A stretch of DNA of 64,000 nt, from the NCBI GenBank assembly GCA_038238115.1, contig JBBRYB010000015.1, forward strand, positions 17,656 through 81,655, given 5' to 3'. Source of the stretch: Propionibacteriales bacterium. GTDB taxonomy: Bacteria; Actinomycetota; Actinomycetes; Propionibacteriales; Nocardioidaceae. Positions 30,872-40,196 of the stretch are shown piece after piece. The notes under the pieces are model-generated. The model was not told where the DNA came from. It searched no databases and worked only from the letters and a program-made list of their open reading frames with translations. Made by a program: the position numbers and the translations under genes. Each line of letters opens with the position of its first letter. Positions within the stretch are counted from its first letter, which is position 1.

Positions 30872-32209
30872 ATGGGCAAGCAAGAAGACTTCGTGCTTCG
30901 GGCGCTCGAGGAGCGCGACGTGCGGTTCGTGCGGCTGTGGTTCACCGACGTGCTGGGATCGCTGAAGTCGGTCGCCCTCGCACCGGCGGAGCTGGAGGGT
31001 GCCTTCGCCGAAGGGATCGGGTTCGACGGCTCGGCGATCGAGGGTTTTGCCCGCGTCTTCGAGGCCGACATGCTGGCCAAGCCCGACCCGTCGACCTTCC
31101 AGATCCTGCCGTGGCGCGGCGAGGCGCCCTCGACCGCGCGGATGTTCTGCGACATCGTGATGCCCGACGGCTCTGCGTCGTACGCCGATCCGCGCTTCGT
31201 GCTCAAACGCACGCTGAGCAGGGCGGCCGACCACGGGTTTACCTTCTACACGCACCCTGAGGTCGAGTTCTACTTGTTCAAGGACCGTCCCGACGGCGGC
31301 CGGGCGCCCGAGCCGGTCGACCGCAGCGGGTTCTTCGACCACACGTCACAGAGCCTGGCGCACGACTTTCGGCGTGAGGCGATCACCATGCTCGAGTCGA
31401 TGGGCATCTCCGTGGAGTTCAGCCACCATGAGGGCGGGCCCGGCCAGCAGGAGATCGACCTGCGCTACGCCGACGCGTTGAGCACTGCCGACAACATCAT
31501 GACGTTCCGCGTCGTGGTGAAGGAGGTCGCGTTGACGCAGGGGGTCTTCGCGTCGTTCATGCCCAAGCCGTTCACGGAGTTCCCCGGGTCAGGCATGCAC
31601 ACCCATCTGTCCCTCTTCGAGGGCGACCGCAACGTCTTCTTCGAGGCGGGCAGTGAGTACCACCTGTCGAAGACGGGTCGTGCGTTCATCGCCGGGCTGC
31701 TCAGGCACTCGGCGGAGATCACGGCGGTCACCAACCAATGGGTCAACTCCTACAAGCGGCTTGCCGGGGGTGGCGAGGCGCCGTCGTACGTCTGCTGGGG
31801 TCACAACAACCGCTCAGCGCTGGTGCGTGTCCCGATGTACAAGCCGACGAAGGGCCAGTCGACCCGTGTCGAGCTGCGCTCGATCGACAGCGCGGCAAAC
31901 CCTTACCTGGCCTTCGCGGTGATGCTGTCGGCAGGCATGAAGGGGATCGAGGAGAACTACGAGCTGCCGGCCGAGGCTGAGGACGACGTGTGGTCACTGA
32001 CCGAGCCCGAGCGCCGGGCGATGGGCATTGCGCCGCTGCCGCTGAACCTGCACGACGCGATCACGGTGATGGAGCGTTCGGAGCTCGTCGCCGAGACTCT
32101 CGGCGAACACGTCTTCGACTTCTTCCTCCGCAACAAGAAGGCCGAATGGGACGACTACCGCCAGCAGGTCACGGAGTACGAACGCGCCCGCATGCTGCCG
32201 GTGATCTGA
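30872..32209 (+). CDS. glnA2: type I glutamine synthetase, GlnA2-like
   Basis: FVRLWFTDVLGSLKSV, FDGSAIEGF, HHEGGPGQQEID, NRSALVRVP. Only the last 445 codons of the 1106-aa ORF are used. Confidence 0.9.
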   Translation: MGKQEDFVLRALEERDVRFVRLWFTDVLGSLKSVALAPAELEGAFAEGIGFDGSAIEGFARVFEADMLAKPDPSTFQILPWRGEAPSTARMFCDIVMPDGSASYADPRFVLKRTLSRAADHGFTFYTHPEVEFYLFKDRPDGGRAPEPVDRSGFFDHTSQSLAHDFRREAITMLESMGISVEFSHHEGGPGQQEIDLRYADALSTADNIMTFRVVVKEVALTQGVFASFMPKPFTEFPGSGMHTHLSLFEGDRNVFFEAGSEYHLSKTGRAFIAGLLRHSAEITAVTNQWVNSYKRLAGGGEAPSYVCWGHNNRSALVRVPMYKPTKGQSTRVELRSIDSAANPYLAFAVMLSAGMKGIEENYELPAEAEDDVWSLTEPERRAMGIAPLPLNLHDAITVMERSELVAETLGEHVFDFFLRNKKAEWDDYRQQVTEYERARMLPVI

Positions 32210-32237
32210 CGGACAGCCGGGCGGTAGCCTCGGCATC

Positions 32238-32969
32238 GTGAGCACACCGCGTCTGCTCGTCATCCAGCACGAAGACGACTGCACACTCGCCTGGTTCGGC
32301 GAGTGGCTGGGTGCTGCCGGAGTTGGCTTCGACGCCGTCTTGGGCCATCGTGGCGACGTCGTCCCCGACGATCTCGGCGGCTACGACGCTCTGGTGGTGC
32401 TCGGCGGCGCGATGGGCGCCTACGACGACGCGTCCTGTCCCTGGCTCACCTCGACGAAGGCGCTCATCGCGAAGGTAGTGGCGGCTCGGCAGTGCTTCCT
32501 GGGCATCTGCCTCGGGCACCAGCTCGCCGCCGTGGCACTCGGCGGACAGGTGATCGCGAACCCGCTCGGTCAGGCGAACGGCCTCAGCCCGGTGGCCCTG
32601 ACCCCTGCCGGCCAGGTGGACCAGCTCGCCCAGGTCATCGCGACCGGAGCCCGCAGTGTCCAGTGGAACGACGACATCGTCTCGCGGCTGCCGGAAGGCG
32701 CCGTCGAGCTCGCGACGGCCCCCGACGGGACGGTTCAGATGGCGAGCTTCGGCGAGCGGGCCTGGGGCGTGCAGTTCCATCCCGAAGCGTCGCCGGAAGT
32801 CTTCGACAGCTGGATCAGGGCCGCGGAGGTGTCCGAGCCGCTCGTCGTCGATAGGCTCCACGACGTGCTTGACCAGATCACGTCGGCCGAGGCCGATCTG
32901 CGGCGTGACTGGGAGCCGCTGGCGCGGCGCTTCGCCCAAGTGGTGGCCAGCCAGCCCGCGATCTCGTGA
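32238..32969 (+). CDS. class I glutamine amidotransferase
   Basis: Nucleophile elbow (FLGICLGHQLAA) and the HPE triad segment (GVQFHPEASPE). The stop overlaps the glnE start (GTGA at 32966-32969). Confidence 0.8.
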   Translation: MSTPRLLVIQHEDDCTLAWFGEWLGAAGVGFDAVLGHRGDVVPDDLGGYDALVVLGGAMGAYDDASCPWLTSTKALIAKVVAARQCFLGICLGHQLAAVALGGQVIANPLGQANGLSPVALTPAGQVDQLAQVIATGARSVQWNDDIVSRLPEGAVELATAPDGTVQMASFGERAWGVQFHPEASPEVFDSWIRAAEVSEPLVVDRLHDVLDQITSAEADLRRDWEPLARRFAQVVASQPAIS

Positions 32970-35900
32970 CCGCAGACCACGAACCGGGGGACGACGTCGA
33001 TCCCATCTGCAATCGCGGCATCGACCCGCCGGACCGCGGCATCGACCCGCCGGACCGCGGAATCGAACCGCCGGGCCGCGGAATCGAACCGCCGGGCCGC
33101 GGTGCCGCCCCGGCCGGCCGGGAAGGCACCGCCGTTGGCGGACTTGCGCGGCTCGGCTTCGAAGACGCCGCGTCGGCGGCCCGCGACTGGGACCGCATCG
33201 GCGTGCCCGACCCGCGTCTCCTGCGGCTGATCTCCGCAGCGGCGGACCCGGACCTCGCGATCCGCTCGCTGGCTCGGCTCGTCACGGCTCGCAACCCGAG
33301 CGTCAGGTCACCCGACGGCGGCGACGCCGACGCTGCCGAACTGAGAGCCGCCCTGCGCGACGACACCGGGCTGGCGCGGCGCTTGACGCTCGTGCTCGGC
33401 GCGAGCGAGGCGCTGGCGGACCACCTCATACGTCATCGAGACGACTGGCACGACCTGGCTGACCCGACGCTGGGCGCTGTCCGGCCCACGGCGGCCGGCG
33501 TCACCGCGACGCTGGCCACAGCGCCCGACGCCGACGGGCTTCGCCGGATCTACCGGCGGTTGTTGCTGCGGCTGGCGGCTCGTGACCTCAGCCTCGAGGT
33601 AGGCGTCGGCGACATCGCCGCGGAGCTGGCCGACCTGGCTTCGGGCGCTGTCGACTCAGCCCTGGCGCTGGCCCGACAAGAGGTCGGACCGTCGGCGGAG
33701 CTATGCCGGCTCAGCGTGATCGGGATGGGCAAGTGCGGGGGGCATGAGCTCAACTACGTCAGCGACGTGGATGTCATCTTCGTGGCCGAGGCCGCTCCGG
33801 GCGCCGACGACGTACCGGCCCTGCAGGCTGCCACGGCCGTCGCCGCGGCGGCGATGCGGATCTGCTCCGACCACACCGCTGAGGGGACGCTGTGGCCGGT
33901 CGACGCGGGGCTGCGCCCGGAGGGCAGCTCGGGTCCTCTCGTGCGGACCGTGAGCAGCCACGCTTCCTACTACGAGCGGTGGGCGAAGACCTGGGAGTTC
34001 CAGGCGCTGCTCAAGGCGCGGCCGATCGCCGGGGACGCGGCTCTCGGCCAGCGCTACGTGGACACGGTCGCGCCCCTCGTCTGGGCCGCTGCCGGACGAC
34101 CGGACTTCGTGGCCGACGTGCAGGCAATGCGCCGACGGGTGGTGGACCACATCCCGGCGCGGGAAGCCGGTCGCCAGCTCAAGCTTGGATCCGGTGGTCT
34201 GCGCGACATCGAGTTCGCCGTGCAGCTCCTGCAGCTCGTGCATGGCAGGTCCGATCCCGAGCTGCGCTCAGCCAACACGCTGCAGGCGCTCGCAGCCCTC
34301 ACCGAGGGCGGGTATGTCGGGCGGCAGGACGGCGCCGCACTCGCCGATGCCTACCGGTTCCTCCGCACCCTGGAGCACCGGCTGCAGCTGCGCCAGCTCC
34401 GACGGACCCACGTCATGCCCGCCGACTCGGACGCCCTGCGTCACCTCGGCCGCTCGATCGGTCTCATGAGCGATCCGGTCAGCTCGCTCACGGACGAGTG
34501 GCGACGGCACGCGCGTGAGGTGCGCCGGCTGCATGAGAAGCTGTTCTACCGACCCCTGCTCGGGGCAGTGGCCGCACTGCCCAGCAGTGAGGCGCGCCTC
34601 ACGACCGACGCGGCCCGTCAACGGCTCGAGGCCTTGGGGTACGCCGATCCGGACGCTGCGCTGCGCCACCTCGAAGCTCTGTCGACGGGGGTCTCGCGCC
34701 GCGCCGCCATCCAGCGCACTCTGCTGCCGGCGATGCTCGGGTGGTTCGCCGAGGCGGGTGACCCCGACACGGGTCTGCTCGGCTTCCGACAGCTCAGCGA
34801 CACGCTGGGGTCGTCGCACTGGTACCTGCGGATGCTGAGGGACGAAGGCGTCGTCGCCGAACGCCTCGCGCGCTTGCTGGCCAGCAGCCGTTACGCGACC
34901 GATCTGCTCATGCGGGCCCCGGAGGCCACTGCTCTGCTCGCCCATGACGATGACCTCGCGCCGCGCCAAGCCGACGCCCTCGCGAGGGAGATGACCACCG
35001 TGGCTACCCGCTACGACGACGCCGTCGAGGCGATCGGCGCCGTGCGTGCCGTCCGCCGCCGGGAGCTCTTCAGGGTTGCGGCGGCCGACATTTTTGGGCT
35101 GATCGAGGTCGACACCGTCGGGCAGGCCCTTACCGACATCGCCGCAGCCACGCTTGAAGGCGGCCTGGTCGCCGCGGTCTCGGCCGTCGAGTCGCAACGC
35201 GGGGCGAGGCTCTCGACGAATCTCGCCGTCATCGCAATGGGCCGGCTGGGCGGCGCTGAGCTGTCTTATGCCAGCGATGCCGACGTGCTTTTCGTGCACG
35301 AGCCGAACCCCGGCGCGGACGAGCAGGATGCGTCCGAGGCGGCCTTCGGTGTGGCCAACGAGCTGGCCAGGCTGCTCGCGCTGCCCGGACCCGACCCGGC
35401 CCTCGTCGTCGACGCTGCGCTGCGCCCCGAGGGCCGCCAGGGTCCGCTCGTCAGGACGCTGGCGTCGTACGCGAGCTACTACCAGCGTTGGTCGAGGGTG
35501 TGGGAGGCGCAGGCGCTGCTGCGGGCGTGCCCGGTCGCCGGGGACTCGGAGCTGGGGGAGGCATTCGTGCGGGTCATCGACCCGCTGCGTTACCCAGCCG
35601 ATGGGTTGGACCCCGCCGACATCTCCGAGATTCGCCGCATCAAGGCCAGGGTGGACGCCGAGCGGTTGCCACGCGGAGCCGATCCGGCCACCCATCTGAA
35701 ACTCGGCCGCGGCGGTCTCGCCGACGTGGAGTGGACGGTGCAACTGCTGCAGATGCGCTTTGGTGCGATGCACCAGCGGCTACGCACGACACGGACGCTC
35801 GCCGCCCTCGACGCTGCCGTGTCCACGGGTCTTGTGTCACCGTCGGCCGCCTCGAGGCTGTCACAGTCGTGGCGGCTGGCGAGCAAGATCAGGAACGCGA

Positions 35901-36073
35901 CCATGCTGGTGCGCGGCCGGCCGTCGAACTCGCTACCGAGCCGCGCTCGTGACCGCGTCGGTGTCGCATTCATGTGCGGCTACCACCGCGACGAGTCAAG
36001 CCGCCTCGGCGACGACTACCGGCGGGTGGCGAGGCGGGCCAGCATGGCCGTCGACGAGGTTTTCTGGGAATGA
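32966..36073 (+). CDS. glnE: bifunctional glutamine synthetase adenylyltransferase / adenylyl-removing enzyme
   Basis: Two nucleotidyltransferase halves (GKCGGHELNYVSDVDVIFV and GRLGGAELSYASDADVLFV), each followed by LRPEG and WE.QALL. GTG 32966 is the only in-frame start upstream of the conserved N-terminus. Confidence 0.9.
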   Translation: MTADHEPGDDVDPICNRGIDPPDRGIDPPDRGIEPPGRGIEPPGRGAAPAGREGTAVGGLARLGFEDAASAARDWDRIGVPDPRLLRLISAAADPDLAIRSLARLVTARNPSVRSPDGGDADAAELRAALRDDTGLARRLTLVLGASEALADHLIRHRDDWHDLADPTLGAVRPTAAGVTATLATAPDADGLRRIYRRLLLRLAARDLSLEVGVGDIAAELADLASGAVDSALALARQEVGPSAELCRLSVIGMGKCGGHELNYVSDVDVIFVAEAAPGADDVPALQAATAVAAAAMRICSDHTAEGTLWPVDAGLRPEGSSGPLVRTVSSHASYYERWAKTWEFQALLKARPIAGDAALGQRYVDTVAPLVWAAAGRPDFVADVQAMRRRVVDHIPAREAGRQLKLGSGGLRDIEFAVQLLQLVHGRSDPELRSANTLQALAALTEGGYVGRQDGAALADAYRFLRTLEHRLQLRQLRRTHVMPADSDALRHLGRSIGLMSDPVSSLTDEWRRHAREVRRLHEKLFYRPLLGAVAALPSSEARLTTDAARQRLEALGYADPDAALRHLEALSTGVSRRAAIQRTLLPAMLGWFAEAGDPDTGLLGFRQLSDTLGSSHWYLRMLRDEGVVAERLARLLASSRYATDLLMRAPEATALLAHDDDLAPRQADALAREMTTVATRYDDAVEAIGAVRAVRRRELFRVAAADIFGLIEVDTVGQALTDIAAATLEGGLVAAVSAVESQRGARLSTNLAVIAMGRLGGAELSYASDADVLFVHEPNPGADEQDASEAAFGVANELARLLALPGPDPALVVDAALRPEGRQGPLVRTLASYASYYQRWSRVWEAQALLRACPVAGDSELGEAFVRVIDPLRYPADGLDPADISEIRRIKARVDAERLPRGADPATHLKLGRGGLADVEWTVQLLQMRFGAMHQRLRTTRTLAALDAAVSTGLVSPSAASRLSQSWRLASKIRNATMLVRGRPSNSLPSRARDRVGVAFMCGYHRDESSRLGDDYRRVARRASMAVDEVFWE
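33014..33097 (+). repeat. 21-bp tandem repeat, 4 copies, in frame within the glnE 5' end
   Basis: cgcggcatcgacccgccggac x2, then cgcggaatcgaaccgccgggc x2, with a degenerate fifth unit to 33118. Encodes RGIDPPD x2 and RGIEPPG x2. Confidence 0.9.
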
Positions 36074-36110
36074 TCGGGCCGACCCCGTCCACGCCGCGAC
36101 GCCGAACGCG

Positions 36111-36428
36111 TCAGCGAGCTGCTGGAGCGGCGGACAGGATTGCGGGTGCCACAGACGGCTCGTGGAGGATCCGGTCGCGCTCTCGCGGAGTCAGTCCGCC
36201 CCAGACGCCGTACGGCTCTTGCACCACCAGCGCATGCTCGCGGCACCGCGCCAGGACCGGGCAGTGTTGGCAGTACTGCTTGGCCTGGCTCTCACGGCGC
36301 TGCCTCACCGGACCTCGCTCGGAGTCCGGCGGGAAGAAGACCTCAGGATCGACGCTGCGGCAAACGCCGTCGTACTGCCAGTCCCACTCTTCGATGATCG
36401 GGGTAGGCAAGCGGCTCAGGTTCGCCAT
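36111..36428 (-). CDS. WhiB-family Fe-S transcriptional regulator
   Basis: Four Cys in the WhiB pattern (C-x29-C-x2-C-x5-C: GVCRSVDPEVFF...AKQYCQHCPVLARC) and a GVWGGLT turn. ATG 36428 is preceded by GGGGAG. Confidence 0.85.
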   Translation of the reverse strand: MANLSRLPTPIIEEWDWQYDGVCRSVDPEVFFPPDSERGPVRQRRESQAKQYCQHCPVLARCREHALVVQEPYGVWGGLTPRERDRILHEPSVAPAILSAAPAAR

Positions 36429-37308
36429 GGACACTCCCCTCCGCGGTGATGGTCGCTCGATGGTCCGAGGCGGCAACTCTTCAGTTGTTGTGACTGTGTG
36501 CCGACGCCGCAATATGCATTGCCGGCAGGCACTTTACGAGCACATCGGTGGCGTGTCGAGAGCAGCCCTCCGTGTGGTGGCGATGGCGAAGCAGCCACGG
36601 TGAGCCCTCATCTCGACCCCGTTGCGATGTATCCGAGCGGGTCGTACCCAACAAAGTGTCTGGACAAACGAAATCAGCCCGAATTCGCCGGTAGGCGTCA
36701 TTCGGACCGACCTCGGGGTCCACGTCATCGTGGGTTCGGCCCGCCACTACCGAGAGGTAGCGGGATCACCCACCGACGACGCCGGCGTGAGGCGAAACAT
36801 GCGGCCCACGGCGTTGCCTTCACCGTAGGCGGCTGACGGCTGGGCCGGAATCGGACGATCACACCGACCCTGGCCACCGATCGGTCACCGGCTGTCACTC
36901 GTTCGGTGGGAGGGCAGGGGCCGTTCGGTCAACGGTCACCCGTTGTGGCGGAGTTATGACCACCGACACCTGACGCGGGCTGCCGTTCTGGGTGTCAGGT
37001 GAGAAGAACACTGACGGCCCACTGTCGACAGCGTCGGTAACCAGGCATCAGGTTAGCAGTGGAGGACCACTCAGGCTACGCAGCGTTACCAAGGAAGTCA
37101 TCGCAGTCACCACGGCCGGCCCGTCTCCGGCCGGCATCTACCCATGAGGCAGTCGCGCCGGTGGGAGCGTGACGAGGGCCAGCTTGCGCCCCGACGGAAG
37201 GGACGGCCGACGCTGGAAGATGTTCTCTGCAGCCACTGCCGCGAGACAGCATCTGCAGGTCGGCCTCCATTGTTTGACGATCTGAAGCGGGTTGCTCCAC
37301 GTGCGGGA

Positions 37309-38733
37309 TCAGATGTCGTAGTAGAGCTCGAATTCGTGGGGGTGAGGACGGAGCGCGACGGGCAGGACCTCGTAGGTCCGCTTGTACTCGATCCAGGTGT
37401 CGATCAGGTCAGGAGTAAAGACGCCACCCTCGAGGAGGAACTCGTGGTCGGCCTCCAGCGCGTCGAGCACCTCGGTCAGGGTCGCCGGGACGGTGGCGAC
37501 GTCCTCGTGCTCGTCCGGAGGCAGCTCGTAGAGATCCTTGTCGATCGGCGTCGGCGGCTCGATCTTGTTGCGGATGCCGTCCAGACCTGCCAGGAGCATC
37601 GCCGAGAACGCGAGGTAGGGGTTGGCTGACGGGTCGGGGCAGCGGAACTCGATCCGCTTCGCCTTCGGGTTGGCGCCCGTGATCGGGATGCGGATGCAGG
37701 CCGAGCGGTTGCGCTGGCTGTAGACGAGGTTGACCGGTGCCTCGAAGCCTGGCACCAAGCGGTGGTAGGAGTTCACTGTCGGGTTCGTGAAGGCCAACAG
37801 CGACGGAGCATGGCTGAGCAGCCCGCCGATGTACCACCGCGCGGTGTCGGACAGGCCGGCATATCCGGACTCGTCGTAGAACAACGGCGCGCCGTCGGCC
37901 CAGACCGACTGGTGGCAGTGCATGCCGGATCCGTTGTCACCGAAGATCGGCTTGGGCATGAAGGTCGCCGTCTTGCCGTTTCGCCACGCGACGTTCTTGA
38001 TGATGTACTTGAACTTCATCACGTTGTCGGCACTCTTGAGGAGCTCGTCGAAGCGGAAGTTGATCTCTGCCTGGCCCGCCGTGCCGACCTCGTGGTGCTG
38101 GCGCTCGACGAGCACACCGGAGAACTCCAGCTCCTTGGACATCTCGGCCCGAAGGTCGGCGAAATGGTCGACCGGCGCGACCGGGAAGTAGCCCCCCTTG
38201 TACTTGACCTTGTAACCCCGGTTGCCGCCCTCCTCCTCGCGGCCCGTGTTCCAGGCGCCGGCGACGGAGTCGATCGAGTAGAAGCCGGTGTTCTGCTTCG
38301 TCTCGAAGCGCACGTCGTCGAAGACGTAGAACTCCGCCTCAGGGGCGAAGTACGCCGTGTCGCCCACCCCCGTGCTCTTCAGATAGGCCTCCGCTTTGCG
38401 GGCGATGTTGCGCGGGTCGCGGCTGTAGGCCTCACCGGTCAGCGGATCGTGGATGAAGAAGTTGACCACGAGGGTCTTGTCGGTGCGAAACGTGTCGAGG
38501 TACGCCGTGGTGACGTCCGGGAGGAGGGACATGTCCGACTCGTGGATCGCCTGGAAGCCACGGATCGACGAGCCGTCGAATTGCAGGCCGTCGTCGAAGA
38601 CGTCCGGCCCGAACGACGACACGGGCACCGTGAAGTGCTGCATGACACCAGGCAGGTCGCAGAAGCGGACATCGACGAACTCGACGCCCTCATCCTCGAT
38701 GTATCTCAACAACTCGTCGCGGTCGGCGAACAT
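37309..38733 (-). CDS. glnA: type I glutamine synthetase
   Basis: [67 protein letters not shown] 38733 is preceded by AAGGAGG. Confidence 0.95.
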   Translation of the reverse strand: MFADRDELLRYIEDEGVEFVDVRFCDLPGVMQHFTVPVSSFGPDVFDDGLQFDGSSIRGFQAIHESDMSLLPDVTTAYLDTFRTDKTLVVNFFIHDPLTGEAYSRDPRNIARKAEAYLKSTGVGDTAYFAPEAEFYVFDDVRFETKQNTGFYSIDSVAGAWNTGREEEGGNRGYKVKYKGGYFPVAPVDHFADLRAEMSKELEFSGVLVERQHHEVGTAGQAEINFRFDELLKSADNVMKFKYIIKNVAWRNGKTATFMPKPIFGDNGSGMHCHQSVWADGAPLFYDESGYAGLSDTARWYIGGLLSHAPSLLAFTNPTVNSYHRLVPGFEAPVNLVYSQRNRSACIRIPITGANPKAKRIEFRCPDPSANPYLAFSAMLLAGLDGIRNKIEPPTPIDKDLYELPPDEHEDVATVPATLTEVLDALEADHEFLLEGGVFTPDLIDTWIEYKRTYEVLPVALRPHPHEFELYYDI

Positions 38734-38804
38734 CAATCCTCCTTGCGTGCCGGCACGGCCACGGCTGGCCGACCGGTCAATGGCCACGAGACTAGGAGCC
38801 GGCG

Positions 38805-38842
38805 ATTTCCCGACCGTGTCTGCCGTGTTTCACCCGTGTTAC
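38805..38842 (-). promoter_or_regulatory. putative GlnR operator (a-n6-b-n6-a-n6-b) upstream of glnA
   Basis: Read on the glnA strand: GTAAC-acgggt-GAAAC-acggca-GACAC-ggtcgg-GAAAT, 72-109 nt upstream of the glnA ATG. It matches the actinobacterial GlnR box gTnAc-n6-GaAAc duplicated. Confidence 0.6.
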
Positions 38843-38843
38843 G

Positions 38844-39275
38844 TTGCCGTCCGTGGGGACATCGACCGACCGGGACTATCCAGGCAGCCGCCGCGGTCTG
38901 CCCGCATCCGGGTCCGGGGCCGTCGCTGGTTGGGGTCGCCGGCTGCTGGCACTGCTCATCGACTGGGTGCTGTCCATGCTGGTTGCCGGCATCTTCGTCG
39001 GCCAAGACGTGTGGACCGGCGGCGGCACGGCCCAGTGGGCGCCGCTGACTGTCTTCGGCGCGGAGGCCTGGCTGCTCACCGCCATCCTCGGCGGCTCGGC
39101 CGGCCAGCTGGTCCTGGGAGTGGTGATCCGGCGTACGTCGGGGCTGCCACTCGACCTGCTGCGCGCCCTGGTCCGCACCGTGTTGATCTGTCTGGTGATC
39201 CCGCCTCTCATCTACAACCGCGACCAGCAGGGGCTGCACGACCTCGCCGTCGGCTCGATCGCCGTACGCCGCTGA
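38844..39275 (+). CDS. RDD-family membrane protein
   Basis: GWGRRLLALLIDWVL...GLHDLAVGSI with hydrophobic helices. Start is TTG 38844 or GTG 38853. Confidence 0.75.
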   Translation: MPSVGTSTDRDYPGSRRGLPASGSGAVAGWGRRLLALLIDWVLSMLVAGIFVGQDVWTGGGTAQWAPLTVFGAEAWLLTAILGGSAGQLVLGVVIRRTSGLPLDLLRALVRTVLICLVIPPLIYNRDQQGLHDLAVGSIAVRR

Positions 39276-39443
39276 GTCACCGTCGGGGCGGTTCGGGCGC
39301 GCAAGGGCGACCGCCACTGCGGCGGGGAGTTCTGGCTGGAGTGGCAGTCGGGCTCGCCGCACGGCCTGGAGCTCGACACTGCGCGCTATGTCGACGAGCT
39401 GCGGCTGGCCATCGGCTGACTGCCTCGATCGGCTGACCGCCTG

Positions 39444-40196
39444 TCAGCGAAGGCGGGACTGGCGCTGCCAGACGCGCGTCCACAGCCGTTGAGGCACCAG
39501 GCGGGCCAGTTTCATGCTCGCGGCCATCCGCAGTGGGAACACGATCTCCGGCCGGGTCGACTCCAGACCGTCAGCGATCGCACGGGCAGCGGCGTCGACC
39601 TCGATGATGAACGGCATCGGGAACGTGTTGACCTTTGTCATCTCGGTGCGGACAAAGCCGGGGGACACCCACTGCACGGTAATACCAGCCGGCGCCAGGT
39701 CCGCGCGCAGGCTCTCCGCGAGGTTGAGCAGCGCCGCCTTGGTCGCGCCGTAGGCCTCGCTGCCGGGAATGCCGCGATATCCGGCAACCGAGGCGACGAT
39801 GACGATCGTGCCCGCTCGGCGCTCCAGCATCCGGGGCAGCACTGCAGACAGACCGGAGCTCGTGCCCAGCAGATTGACCTCGACCTGTCGGCGGAAGGCG
39901 GCCGCGTCCCACGCCTGCACGTCGGTCTGACCCCACGCGCCGGCGTTGAAGACGACCATGTCGATCTCGCCGAGCGCGCCGCGCACGGCCTGCCCTGCGG
40001 CCAGCACGGCTTCGTGCTCGGTGACGTCGAGGGGCACGACCGTCATCCGCCCCTGACTGACTTCGTCCAGGCGGTCCTTGCGCCGCGCCGATATCGCGAC
40101 CGACGCGCCGCGGTCGGCGAGCTCGGTGGCGAGTGCCGCCCCGATGCCGCTCGATGCTCCGGTGACCCAGATCCGGCGACCGTCGAGGCTGGTCAT
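39444..40196 (-). CDS. SDR-family oxidoreductase
   Basis: TGASSGIGAAL cofactor motif and YGATKAAL catalytic motif. ATG 40196 overlaps the upstream stop (ATGA). Confidence 0.85.
   Translation of the reverse strand: MTSLDGRRIWVTGASSGIGAALATELADRGASVAISARRKDRLDEVSQGRMTVVPLDVTEHEAVLAAGQAVRGALGEIDMVVFNAGAWGQTDVQAWDAAAFRRQVEVNLLGTSSGLSAVLPRMLERRAGTIVIVASVAGYRGIPGSEAYGATKAALLNLAESLRADLAPAGITVQWVSPGFVRTEMTKVNTFPMPFIIEVDAAARAIADGLESTRPEIVFPLRMAASMKLARLVPQRLWTRVWQRQSRLR

Noticed and set aside
28889-32209. 1106-aa ORF that looks like a giant fusion protein.
   Set aside because: Only the last 445 codons (from ATG 30872) are glutamine-synthetase-like. The upstream two thirds are antisense to nadE and have no protein-like features.
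36481-36836. ORFs of 60-112 aa in the whiB upstream region (36481-36747, 36498-36836, 36534-36728, 36622-36828).
   Set aside because: They overlap one another, have no SD and no protein-like composition or motifs. The region is treated as non-coding leader or intergenic sequence.
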